Shown here piece by piece: positions 1 to 8,497 of a DNA stretch of 64,000 bases. The notes beneath the pieces were generated by a model. It ran no database searches. It had not been told where the DNA came from and saw only the letters and a list, made by a program, of their open reading frames with translations. Position numbers and translations under genes: made by a program. This DNA is from an uncultured Candidatus Saccharimonas sp. (GTDB taxonomy: Bacteria > Patescibacteriota > Saccharimonadia > Saccharimonadales > Saccharimonadaceae), in the NCBI GenBank assembly GCA_964513425.1, contig CAZEME010000001.1, forward strand, positions 3,062 to 67,061. Direction: 5' to 3'. Every line of letters starts with the position of its first letter. Position 1 is the first letter of the stretch.

Positions 1-2
1 AC

Positions 3-224
3 CGCAAGTCTGCAGAAATAATACAGCAAATTGTTGGCTTTGGAGTCGAAAAGCACGATGACCTAGTCGATGCAGTTTCAATGGGCTTAAACTACATTCA
101 AAGTAATGTTAGGTGGCAAATACTTGCAGAATATGGTGGATTCAGGTTCAGCGACGACCCTACGGGCACGAACCATGGTGAATTTACGGTTACGGGGGTT
201 AAATATCTGGATGAATTAGATTAA
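3..224 (+). CDS. phage terminase large subunit, C-terminal fragment (5' end outside window)
   Basis: Frame-3 translation is RKSAEIIQQIVGFGVEKHDDLVDAVSMGLNYIQSN...YLDELD, with stop TAA at 222-224. The EKHDDLVDAVSM block resembles the conserved hDDxvDA motif near the C terminus of terminase large subunits. It is absent from the ORF track because no start lies in the window. Confidence 0.5.
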   Translation, partial: RKSAEIIQQIVGFGVEKHDDLVDAVSMGLNYIQSNVRWQILAEYGGFRFSDDPTGTNHGEFTVTGVKYLDELD

Positions 225-233
225 AAAAATTAA

Positions 234-806
234 TTATTTATATTTAAGACTATATAAATCTTGAATAGACATACTTTTTCGAAGAAGCTCATCTTCTTCA
301 AGTCGTTCAAACATAAGTTCTCTTGATGTTGACACATTTGGCCAATCATCTGCCCATAAAACACCATCGAATTCTTTGGCTCCTTGTTTGTTGAGAATCC
401 CAGATACAATCTTAAATAATTTTTCAATTCTCTTGAGTGTCGGCTCAGTTAATATTTGGTATGACTTATTATTCAGATAAATCTTATTAATATGAGCAAC
501 TTTTTCGTGCCTAAAATTAATTAAATCTTTATATTCCTTTGATAAAGTATTTTTTATATAATCTGCATCACTTAAGTCAGATATAACCCTGGTTAACCTT
601 AGCGCACCATTCTGACTATCGAATATATAATTAGTAATTAATATTAGTTTAGCTGTCATGCAATCGAGAACAAGTTGAAAAAATGGGTCATATGCACTAT
701 CTATCATGTCTATTTTCTCAAATATTTGTCGGTATGCTTTAATAATTTCGTTTCCTTTTGCAATCTCTTTACAAAAGAATTCCCAATTTTGCTTATCAAT
801 AGTCAT
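234..806 (-). CDS. HEPN-domain protein, AbiU2-like, last gene of the Type I R-M operon
   Basis: 190-aa ORF starting 2 nt after the hsdR stop. It carries an Rx4-6H HEPN signature, FRHEKVAH (R99..H105, nt 492-512). It looks predominantly helical and has a length typical of AbiU2-type HEPN proteins. Confidence 0.55.
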   Translation of the reverse strand: MTIDKQNWEFFCKEIAKGNEIIKAYRQIFEKIDMIDSAYDPFFQLVLDCMTAKLILITNYIFDSQNGALRLTRVISDLSDADYIKNTLSKEYKDLINFRHEKVAHINKIYLNNKSYQILTEPTLKRIEKLFKIVSGILNKQGAKEFDGVLWADDWPNVSTSRELMFERLEEDELLRKSMSIQDLYSLKYK

Positions 807-808
807 TT

Positions 809-3800
809 TTATATCTTTCTACTAGAAATATCAAAAAACTTATTAAAGAATGCTGTTAACTTATCCAAGACTGTTTCTCGTTTCTTGCCTCGGCTTTGAT
901 CAGCTGAAAAACGTGACACAGGTGGCAAAATCTTAGTAATTGCAGTTCCGCTAGTTTGGACTCCTCCATCACGAAACGCACTATCAATAAAGCTATAAGT
1001 CTCATCACGATCAAGATTTTCATCAGCAATAATCTTATTTAATTCCTCAATCTTTTTTGTATCAACAAATGACTGCCAATTATCATCAACGACTGAACCT
1101 ACATCTAATGAATTTATGAATTGCTCAATAAGATCTTTCTTGTTACGAAGTTCAACACTTGAATCTATGGCTTTATTAATATCAACTAACAATTCTTTAT
1201 CCTCTTGATTACCTGCATGATATTTGCGAATTAGTTCAAGAATGTAATCAATATTTATTTCAACTTGTTTGATTAATTCCATTTCAAAGACGATATCATC
1301 ATTAATATTTTCCTTGTCGCTATCTGCAATATCCCTAAACTCATCATAGAAATTAATATACATACTATGATAATCTTGAACATCACGTTCGGATAAAATT
1401 TCTTTTCCAAGAAAATCATCAAATGTAGTCAATATATTTCTAACCTTTAATATTGCACCGTAAAGATTAATGAATTCTTTCTTATTTTGTTCGCCAATAA
1501 TTTGCTCATTTACTGGGAATCGTGAAAGTAATTCGTTCACAAGATCAGTGTATCCACGAATTTGCTTACCTTCAGATTCATAACCCTCATAATATTCTTT
1601 GAAAGATTTCAGCAATACAATACCGCTTGCTTCTTTATCGCCAAATAACGCAATTGAATCATTTGTTGCTTTTTCAAGATTACGGAAAGTCACAATGTTG
1701 CCGAATGTCTTAATAGAATTAAGTATTCGATTTGTACGTGAGTATGCTTGTAATAAACCGTGCATTCGCAAATTCTTATCAACCCATAATGTGTTCAATG
1801 TTGTTGCATCAAAACCAGTCAAAAACATATTAACAACTATCAACAAATCGATCTCGCGATTCTTCATTCGTAATGAAACATCTTTATAGTAATTCTGAAA
1901 TTTATCAGATGATGTATCATAATTCGTAGTAAACATTTTGTTATAGTCTTTCATCGCAGAATCTAGAAAATCTCGCGAACTAGCATCAAGACCATCAGTG
2001 TTCTCAGAATTCTCATCAATTACGCCATCGAGTTCATCATCAACTTCGTTTGCACTATAACTAAAAATTGTTGCTACCTTTAAACGTGCAAGTTCTGGTA
2101 TCTCTGATTGTTGCTTCTTAAACTCTGCATAATATAACTTTGCTACTTCGATTGAACTAACTGCAAATATTGAATTAAAACCACTGAGTCGAATCTTTTC
2201 TTTTACTTCTTCAACAGCCGATCGGTCACGTGCCGAAGCTGCTTCAAATACATTAGCTAGTTTGGTAAATGCGTACGGTTTGCTGTTTCGCTTTGTCTTC
2301 TGATCAAAATGCTCACGAATATACTTAACTACGTTTGATATACGTTCAGGTGCAGCCAGAGCTTTTTCGCGGTCAATATCCCTAACCTGAGAATCATCAA
2401 CATCATCAGCCTCTCTAACAGTACGAACGTAATCGATTCGAAATGGCAAAACATTTTTATCCGTAATGGCATCAACGATAGTATAAGTGTGGAGCTTTTC
2501 ACCGAATGCTTGTTCGGTTGTTTTTATGTCCACTCTTCCGCCGCTAGATGAGTTCTTAGCAAATATCGGTGTACCCGTAAAACCAAATAAATGATAATTC
2601 TTAAAGTTTTTTGTTATTGCATGATGCATATCACCAAATTGTGAACGATGACATTCGTCAAAAATAATTGCTATGTGACTATCAAATGCCTTATGCCCTT
2701 CGTTCGATCGAATGAACTTATCAAGTTTTTGAATAGTGGTAATAATAATTCTAGCGTTTGCATCTTCAAGTTGTCTTTTTAGTTTGGCAGTGCTCGTATT
2801 GCTATTTGCAGCGCCTTTTTCAAACTTGTCATATTCTTTCATTGTTTGATAATCGAGATCTTTGCGATCAACAACAAACAAAACCTTATCTATATAAGAT
2901 AATTTACTAGCAATTTGGGCAGTCTTAAAACTTGTTAATGTCTTACCTGACCCTGTTGTATGCCAAATATAGCCACCAGCATCAATTGTTCCAAGTTTTT
3001 TATAATTTGTTGAGATCTCTATTCGATTTAGTATTCTTTCTGTTGCAACTATTTGATATGGTCGCATTGCGAGTAATAATCGGTCGCTAGTGAATACGCA
3101 ATACTTCGTTAGAATACTTAAAATTGTATGCTTTGCAAAAAATGTCTGCCCAAAATCCATTAGATCAAATATAGGTTTATTGCTTGAATCAGCCCACCAA
3201 CTTGAAAACTCAAAACTATTGCTTGTCTTTTTACTTCGCTTACTGTTATTGTCATTTGATTCTTTGATGTGCTGAAAGCGTGTAGTGTTGCTGTAGTATT
3301 TTGTGTAAGTTCCGTTACTAATTACAAACAACTGAACATATTCGAACAAACCGCTATCTGCCCAAAAACTATCTCGCTGATAACGATTTATCTGGTTAAA
3401 TGCCTCTTGTAGTGCGATGCCTCGTCGTTTCAATTCAACGTGCACAAGTGGTAGACCATTTACTAGAATCGTCACATCATAACGATTAGATCGCAAACCA
3501 TCAATTTCATATTGGTTAATGACTTGAAGACTATTATTATGAATATTCGTTTTATCGATAAGGTAAATATTCTTAACTTCGCCATTATCACGAGTTAGTA
3601 ATTGAACGTGATCTTCTTGTATCTTTGCTGTCTTTTCTTCTATGCCTTCATTTTTGTTAGCTAATTTTGTGACAAAAAATTGTTCCCATTCTATATCACT
3701 GAATTTATAATCATTTAATTTTTCAAGTTGTGTGCGTAAATTTGTAATTAAATCTGATTCGCTTGAAATTGATAAATAATCGTATGCCTGAGATTCAAGT

Positions 3801-3925
3801 AACTTTATAAAAGCTTGTTCTAGATCGGCTTCGCTCTGATAATTAGTCGCTCTAGTTATTGCAGGAGTAAATTCACCCACGACCGTGCTGTTAGTATTTT
3901 CAGCCACCATGCTGTATTTATTCAT
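809..3925 (-). CDS. hsdR: Type I restriction enzyme R subunit
   Basis: 1038 aa. It has the Walker A motif HTTGSGKTLTS, the DEAD/DEAH-type box IIFDECHRSQ and an N-terminal nuclease region. Its start overlaps the hsdS stop by 4 nt. Confidence 0.95.
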   Translation of the reverse strand: MNKYSMVAENTNSTVVGEFTPAITRATNYQSEADLEQAFIKLLESQAYDYLSISSESDLITNLRTQLEKLNDYKFSDIEWEQFFVTKLANKNEGIEEKTAKIQEDHVQLLTRDNGEVKNIYLIDKTNIHNNSLQVINQYEIDGLRSNRYDVTILVNGLPLVHVELKRRGIALQEAFNQINRYQRDSFWADSGLFEYVQLFVISNGTYTKYYSNTTRFQHIKESNDNNSKRSKKTSNSFEFSSWWADSSNKPIFDLMDFGQTFFAKHTILSILTKYCVFTSDRLLLAMRPYQIVATERILNRIEISTNYKKLGTIDAGGYIWHTTGSGKTLTSFKTAQIASKLSYIDKVLFVVDRKDLDYQTMKEYDKFEKGAANSNTSTAKLKRQLEDANARIIITTIQKLDKFIRSNEGHKAFDSHIAIIFDECHRSQFGDMHHAITKNFKNYHLFGFTGTPIFAKNSSSGGRVDIKTTEQAFGEKLHTYTIVDAITDKNVLPFRIDYVRTVREADDVDDSQVRDIDREKALAAPERISNVVKYIREHFDQKTKRNSKPYAFTKLANVFEAASARDRSAVEEVKEKIRLSGFNSIFAVSSIEVAKLYYAEFKKQQSEIPELARLKVATIFSYSANEVDDELDGVIDENSENTDGLDASSRDFLDSAMKDYNKMFTTNYDTSSDKFQNYYKDVSLRMKNREIDLLIVVNMFLTGFDATTLNTLWVDKNLRMHGLLQAYSRTNRILNSIKTFGNIVTFRNLEKATNDSIALFGDKEASGIVLLKSFKEYYEGYESEGKQIRGYTDLVNELLSRFPVNEQIIGEQNKKEFINLYGAILKVRNILTTFDDFLGKEILSERDVQDYHSMYINFYDEFRDIADSDKENINDDIVFEMELIKQVEINIDYILELIRKYHAGNQEDKELLVDINKAIDSSVELRNKKDLIEQFINSLDVGSVVDDNWQSFVDTKKIEELNKIIADENLDRDETYSFIDSAFRDGGVQTSGTAITKILPPVSRFSADQSRGKKRETVLDKLTAFFNKFFDISSRKI

Positions 3926-4515
3926 ACTGATAGCTCCTGGAACGTAAGTAATTTAGTTCGATAGTATTCGTATTGTTGATGACGAGCAGAAATTTCAGCT
4001 GGTAAGCCTTCGGCAATACTATTGATAAGTATTTCAAATTTATCAAGAATATTAACAATACGATTTTGCTCAGAGATAGAAGGAACAGGTATTTTTATTC
4101 TCGCCATATCTTTTGCCGAAACATCGATAACCTTCGTTCCTTTTGCATATTTACGCTTTTCTTTAAAGAACATTAATGTCTGTGTGTAGTATGCAAAATA
4201 TTTTCCAGTAATCTTTTCAGGTTTAAACACAGTTGCATGACCTCCGGTTACGATCTCTCCATCACCACACCATACAACAGCCTTACCAACATCCTCAAGG
4301 TTTTCACTAGTATTAGTGATTATCACATCACCGCTATTCGCCTTTGTGAGTTTTTTTGCTAGTTCTGGCGATACAAATGACTTAGTTTTATTGGTGAATG
4401 TGCCATAATACGTATAAATTTGACCATAATGAATACAAGGGAAACCACTTTCTGTAAAATCTTTTTTCTGCAAACCATTAGCTCTCATAAATACTCCTGT
4501 ATCTCCCAAATTCAA
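3922..4515 (-). CDS. hsdS: Type I R-M specificity subunit, C-terminal half (TRD2 plus distal conserved helix)
   Basis: 197 aa. It begins LNLGDTG (a TRD start motif shared with the upstream half) and ends ISARHQQYEYYRTKLLTF (conserved HsdS helix). The only start is TTG at 4513-4515, overlapping the upstream stop. It is out of frame with the upstream half because of the (AG)10 tract. Confidence 0.85.
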   Translation of the reverse strand: MNLGDTGVFMRANGLQKKDFTESGFPCIHYGQIYTYYGTFTNKTKSFVSPELAKKLTKANSGDVIITNTSENLEDVGKAVVWCGDGEIVTGGHATVFKPEKITGKYFAYYTQTLMFFKEKRKYAKGTKVIDVSAKDMARIKIPVPSISEQNRIVNILDKFEILINSIAEGLPAEISARHQQYEYYRTKLLTFQELSV

Positions 4516-5114
4516 CCATTTAACGTCTCTCTCTCTCTCTCTCTCTGCGAGTCTTGTTGTTCAAACGTCAACAACTGATTTCTATAAAAATCGTATTGCT
4601 TCCTTCTCGCCTCCAGCTCCGCTGACAGCTCCGCTTCTAATTGTGTGAACTTATCGAGAATATTTGCAACCTCTTTTTGAACTTCTAGTGGCGGAATTGG
4701 AATCTGTATACTGCCGATAACTTCCGTTGGTAAGTGTGCCGGTATTGCATCTGTAGCTTGTGATTGAATAAAACCCTGTTTATCTTTTAATACGTAAAAA
4801 AGATATTTATTATCTAAGTTCTCGTTTGGTTTAATGCAGTAACAGACATCATTTGCCCAAAATGCTTCCTTAATATAATTGACGAATCCAGCTGTACCAT
4901 ATTTCACCACAGTAATTGTGTTTGCTGATTGGTTAAACTTACTATAATAACCCATCGGCGTCACGCCACCGCTATATACTGGGTATATACCATCTGACGT
5001 AAGTTCACTTTTCGTGACGCGCCTCCCCCTCTTAATTGAAGCTGTGTCACCGAGATTTAAAAATATTACTCCCTCTGGGCAGGATTTCTGGATCAGCTCA
5101 CCAATCTTGCTCAT
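4512..5114 (-). CDS. hsdS: Type I R-M specificity subunit, N-terminal half (TRD1 plus central conserved helix)
   Basis: 200 aa. It contains FLNLGDTASIKRG at the TRD start and LEARRKQYDFYRNQLLTF as the conserved helix. The C terminus QRERERETLNG-stop is encoded by the dinucleotide repeat. Confidence 0.85.
   Translation of the reverse strand: MSKIGELIQKSCPEGVIFLNLGDTASIKRGRRVTKSELTSDGIYPVYSGGVTPMGYYSKFNQSANTITVVKYGTAGFVNYIKEAFWANDVCYCIKPNENLDNKYLFYVLKDKQGFIQSQATDAIPAHLPTEVIGSIQIPIPPLEVQKEVANILDKFTQLEAELSAELEARRKQYDFYRNQLLTFEQQDSQRERERETLNG
4526..4546. repeat. simple sequence repeat (TC)10T on the + strand, (AG)10 on the coding strand, at the hsdS half-gene junction
   Basis: Read directly as tctctctctctctctctctct at 4526-4546. 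It is the only long dinucleotide tract I noticed in the window. Confidence 0.95.
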
Positions 5115-5569
5115 TACAATTTGATCTTCCCATTGGCAGCTGCGCCAATACCTACAATATTCCCAACTTCTGCCTTAACTAAGCTATCAATAGAAACTTT
5201 TGAAGTAAAGTTAAAATTAAATAATGATTTTATAGCCTTTTGAGGTTCTTCGCCTTGTTCAATTCCTTCTATCACATCTATGCCATTCGCTGTTAAATGC
5301 AAGCCGAGTAACAACAGACCGCCCATAATTTCTTTATTATTCTTTTTTGCGATAAGACCTTTTTCTAGCAAATAATTGAAGGCATTATATAACAAGATAT
5401 CATCTTTACTTATTGAATGCAGGATATCTTTAAGCCACGACTGCGTATCAACTTTCATATTTGATACTGCAGCAAATACTATGCCAGTTTGTCCCAACTT
5501 AGTAGGATCATCTAGCTGTATAACATATAGAGATAAGAGGATTTTGCCAGCTGTTTGCTTTACGCTCAT
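5114..5569 (-). CDS. hypothetical protein embedded between hsdM and hsdS (possible winged-helix fold)
   Basis: 151-aa ORF. Its start overlaps the hsdM stop by 4 nt and its stop overlaps the hsdS start by 1 nt. The segment LYNAFNYLLEKGLIAKK...GLHLTANGIDVIEGIE resembles wHTH recognition-helix and wing regions. I recognise no catalytic motif. Confidence 0.6.
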   Translation of the reverse strand: MSVKQTAGKILLSLYVIQLDDPTKLGQTGIVFAAVSNMKVDTQSWLKDILHSISKDDILLYNAFNYLLEKGLIAKKNNKEIMGGLLLLGLHLTANGIDVIEGIEQGEEPQKAIKSLFNFNFTSKVSIDSLVKAEVGNIVGIGAAANGKIKL

Positions 5570-7137
5570 TTTTTATCCTCTATTTCAGCAACAATCGCAT
5601 CAATCTGAGTACGAAGTTCACTCTGTCTCTTAACAATATTTGCTATGTTTGCATTCAGCTCCGTAATATCAGTGGCGACTGTCATATCAAGCTCGTCAAT
5701 ATAACTACTAACTGCAATATTATAATCATTTTTACTAATTTCATCGTTTGTCACTAATCTAGCAAAATGATCAATGTCTCGACGACTAATAAATGCCTCT
5801 AATATTTTATCTTGATTGACTTGACTGAGCTTATTCTTATTGCCGCCACGAACAAATTCAGCCGATGCATTAATAAATAAAGTTGAGTTGTCTTTTTTGC
5901 TCTTTTTCAAGACTACAATACACGTTGAGATAGTCGTCCCAAAGAATAAGTCAGGCGGTAATTGAATAACTGCATCAACAAAGTTGTTGTCTATTAAGTA
6001 CTTACGAATTTTCGCTTCTGCACCGCCACGATACAGCACTCCAGGGAATTCAACAATTGCAGCAATTCCGCTGGTTGATAACCAACTTAGAATATGCATT
6101 GTAAATGCTAGATCGGCTTTACTCTTTGGGGCTAGTACACCTGCAGGACTGAACCGAGGATCATTTATTAATAATGGATTTGCGTCGCCTTCCCAATTAA
6201 TCGAATATGGTGGATTTGAAACAATTGCATCAAATGGTTCATCGTCCCAATGTTGTGGGTCAATTAATGTATCACCATGAGCTATGTTAAACTTCTCATA
6301 ATTAATGTCATGCAAAAACATATTTATACGTGCAAGGTTGTAGGTTGTTAAGTTAATTTCTTGACCGAAAAATCCTTGACGAACATTATCTTTTCCAAGC
6401 ACTTTAGCAAACTTTAACAGTAAAGATCCTGAGCCACACGCAGGGTCATATACCTTATTAACCTGCGTCTTGCCAACAACTGTAATACGAGCGAGTAATT
6501 CGCTTACTTCTTGTGGGGTAAAGAATTCACCACCAGATTTTCCTGCACTACTGGCATACATACCCATCAAATACTCATACGTATCACCGAAAGCATCAAT
6601 TGTATTGTCTGTGTAATTACCAAGTTTCAAATCACCAATTACGTCCATTAATTTAACAAGTCGCTCGTTACGTTTTGCAACTGTTTGTCCTAGCTTGTTG
6701 CTATTAACATCTAAATCATCAAATAATCCCTTAATATCGTCTTCACTGTCTGCGCCTTTTGCAGAACCTTCAATATTTCGGAATACTCCAGATAAAACTT
6801 CATTCAAATTTTCTTCACTTTTTGCTCGTTTGCGAACATTTTCAAAAAGTTCACTTGGTAATATATAAAAGCCTTTTTCCTTAACGGTATCGTCACGACC
6901 AAATTCTGCAGCATCATCACTAAGGTTTTTATAATCAAAATCTCTAGGTGTGTTTGAATCTTTCAATTCTTCTGAATTGATATAGTTTGTTAGATTTTCC
7001 GAAATGAACCTATAGAATAGTATCCCTAAAACGTATTGTTTAAAATCCCAACCGTCTACAGACCCTCGCAGATCATTTGCAATTTTCCAAATAGTACTGT
7101 GTAGATGCGTACGCTCTTGCTCTTTTTTATTATCCAT
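5566..7137 (-). CDS. hsdM: Type I R-M N6-adenine DNA methyltransferase subunit
   Basis: It has the AdoMet motif VYDPACGSGSLL, the catalytic motif SNPPYS and an N-terminal HsdM_N-like region (IWKIANDLRG). The ORF is open to 7203. ATG at 7137 is preferred because a TATAAT box (7147-7152) lies inside the extension. Confidence 0.93.
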   Translation of the reverse strand: MDNKKEQERTHLHSTIWKIANDLRGSVDGWDFKQYVLGILFYRFISENLTNYINSEELKDSNTPRDFDYKNLSDDAAEFGRDDTVKEKGFYILPSELFENVRKRAKSEENLNEVLSGVFRNIEGSAKGADSEDDIKGLFDDLDVNSNKLGQTVAKRNERLVKLMDVIGDLKLGNYTDNTIDAFGDTYEYLMGMYASSAGKSGGEFFTPQEVSELLARITVVGKTQVNKVYDPACGSGSLLLKFAKVLGKDNVRQGFFGQEINLTTYNLARINMFLHDINYEKFNIAHGDTLIDPQHWDDEPFDAIVSNPPYSINWEGDANPLLINDPRFSPAGVLAPKSKADLAFTMHILSWLSTSGIAAIVEFPGVLYRGGAEAKIRKYLIDNNFVDAVIQLPPDLFFGTTISTCIVVLKKSKKDNSTLFINASAEFVRGGNKNKLSQVNQDKILEAFISRRDIDHFARLVTNDEISKNDYNIAVSSYIDELDMTVATDITELNANIANIVKRQSELRTQIDAIVAEIEDKK

Positions 7138-7225
7138 ATATAAAGTATTATAACCTAAAAATAGGTATAAATCAGCCATGAAATTACTAGACTTTACTGA
7201 CAATTGGCGATAATGTTGTCCTATA

Positions 7226-8488
7226 ATGAAAACAGATTTAACAGATATAAAATATTGCCTGTATGCTCGAAAATCGAGCGAGCAAGATGAACGTCAAGCA
7301 ATGAGCATTGACTCACAAATCAAAGAAATGACCAACATGGCGAACCGTGAGGGGCTACAAGTCACAGAAGTCAAGCAAGAGAGTCATTCGGCCAAACAAT
7401 CTGGGCAAAGGCCTGTCTTTAGCGAATTGCTGACAGATTTACGGAATGATAAATTTCAGGGCATATTAACTTGGGCGCCCGACCGGCTATCACGAAACGC
7501 TGGCGATTTGGGATCATTAGTGGACTTAATGGATTCTAATAAATTACTGCATATTCGAACATTTGGGCAAAGTTTCAGTAATACACCGAATGAAAAGTTT
7601 CTGTTAATGATTTTGTGTTCGCAAGCCAAACTCGAAAACGACAATCGAGGTGTAAATGTAAAACGAGGAATCCGTGCTAAATGTGAAATGGGATGGCGAC
7701 CATGTATGCCTCCGCTTGGATACTTTACTCGAGCTGCAACTGGTGGCGCCCGGGATGTTATTGTTGACGAAGAACGAGCACCATATATTAAAAAGATGTT
7801 CGAGATGTCTGCAAATGGTAAAGGTGGCAGACATATTAAGCAATGGCTAATGGACAATAATGTAAAATCTAGAGGCGGAAAGAATATACCACTTAGTATG
7901 ATTTACAGGATGTTAAATAGTCCATTTTATTATGGCGAGTTTGAATATCCTTCAGGATCGGGCAAATGGTATAAAGGCAATCATCAACCGATAATCGATA
8001 AAGACTTATTCTTGAAAGTCAAAGAACAGTTAAAGGTTCCAATAAAATCTAAATGGGGCTCAAAAGAATTTCCCTTCAGGAACTTTCTGAAATGTTATAG
8101 TTGTGGTGCTTCAATTGTTGGCGAAGAACATACTCGGCATTATGCGAATGGTCGAAATCCTCGATTTGCTTATTATCATTGTTCGCGCCAAGTCGATCAT
8201 GATTGCAAAGAACCATACATATCTGAAAAAGGCATTGTTGAAGAATTGTGTAGCATGCGAAATGAATTAATCACAGATTTACGAGAAGTTGAGCCAGGTT
8301 TGCGTGATGCAATCGAGAAATTTACTAAAATGATTAGTGTTACCGACGAAGATTATAGCAAACAAGAAATGATCGGCGGATATATTAAATACGTATTGCA
8401 TGAAGGGAGTTTGTTTGAGAAAACAAGACTAATTCGAAATATAAATATTAATCTTATGCTGCACAATAAAATACTAATTAAACTATAA
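7226..8488 (+). CDS. large serine recombinase (resolvase/invertase N-domain, recombinase domain and zinc ribbon)
   Basis: 420 aa. The N-terminal YARKSSEQDERQAMSIDSQ is a serine-recombinase catalytic region. GWRPCMPPLGY...ERAPYIKKMF is recombinase-domain-like. The Cys cluster is CYSCGAS...YYHCSRQVDHDC. It is divergent from hsdM. Confidence 0.88.
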   Translation: MKTDLTDIKYCLYARKSSEQDERQAMSIDSQIKEMTNMANREGLQVTEVKQESHSAKQSGQRPVFSELLTDLRNDKFQGILTWAPDRLSRNAGDLGSLVDLMDSNKLLHIRTFGQSFSNTPNEKFLLMILCSQAKLENDNRGVNVKRGIRAKCEMGWRPCMPPLGYFTRAATGGARDVIVDEERAPYIKKMFEMSANGKGGRHIKQWLMDNNVKSRGGKNIPLSMIYRMLNSPFYYGEFEYPSGSGKWYKGNHQPIIDKDLFLKVKEQLKVPIKSKWGSKEFPFRNFLKCYSCGASIVGEEHTRHYANGRNPRFAYYHCSRQVDHDCKEPYISEKGIVEELCSMRNELITDLREVEPGLRDAIEKFTKMISVTDEDYSKQEMIGGYIKYVLHEGSLFEKTRLIRNININLMLHNKILIKL

Positions 8489-8497
8489 TCATATGAT

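Noticed and set aside
230-427. 65-aa minus-strand ORF overlapping the HEPN gene in another frame
   Set aside because: It is fully nested in the longer, operon-coupled 190-aa ORF that carries the HEPN motif.
4512-4514. UGA recoding (genetic code 4 or 25) as an explanation for the hsdS break
   Set aside because: Read-through of this TGA stays in the wrong frame for TRD2 and hits further stops. TGA also terminates other well-supported genes here, for example the GT gene at 39015-39017. The standard code fits.
4526-4546. Treating the TC tract as a CRISPR-like or intergenic low-complexity repeat
   Set aside because: It is a single uninterrupted dinucleotide run inside coding sequence. There is no repeat-spacer periodicity anywhere in the window.
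7138-7203. 22-codon N-terminal extension of the hsdM ORF
   Set aside because: The extension (MSVKSSNFMADLYLFLGYNTLY) is not part of HsdM_N homology and contains the TATAAT box. It would leave only 22 nt of divergent intergenic space. ATG at 7137 is preferred.
7456-7857. 133-aa and 79-aa minus-strand ORFs inside the recombinase gene
   Set aside because: They are antisense shadow ORFs. The + strand frame carries clear serine-recombinase motifs.
3922-8488. hsdS shufflon driven by the adjacent recombinase
   Set aside because: Both hsdS halves are co-directional and contiguous. I found no additional silent hsdS copy or inverted repeats between TRDs in the window. The recombinase is a large serine integrase type, not the tyrosine recombinases typical of hsdS inversion systems. 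The SSR explains the split better.
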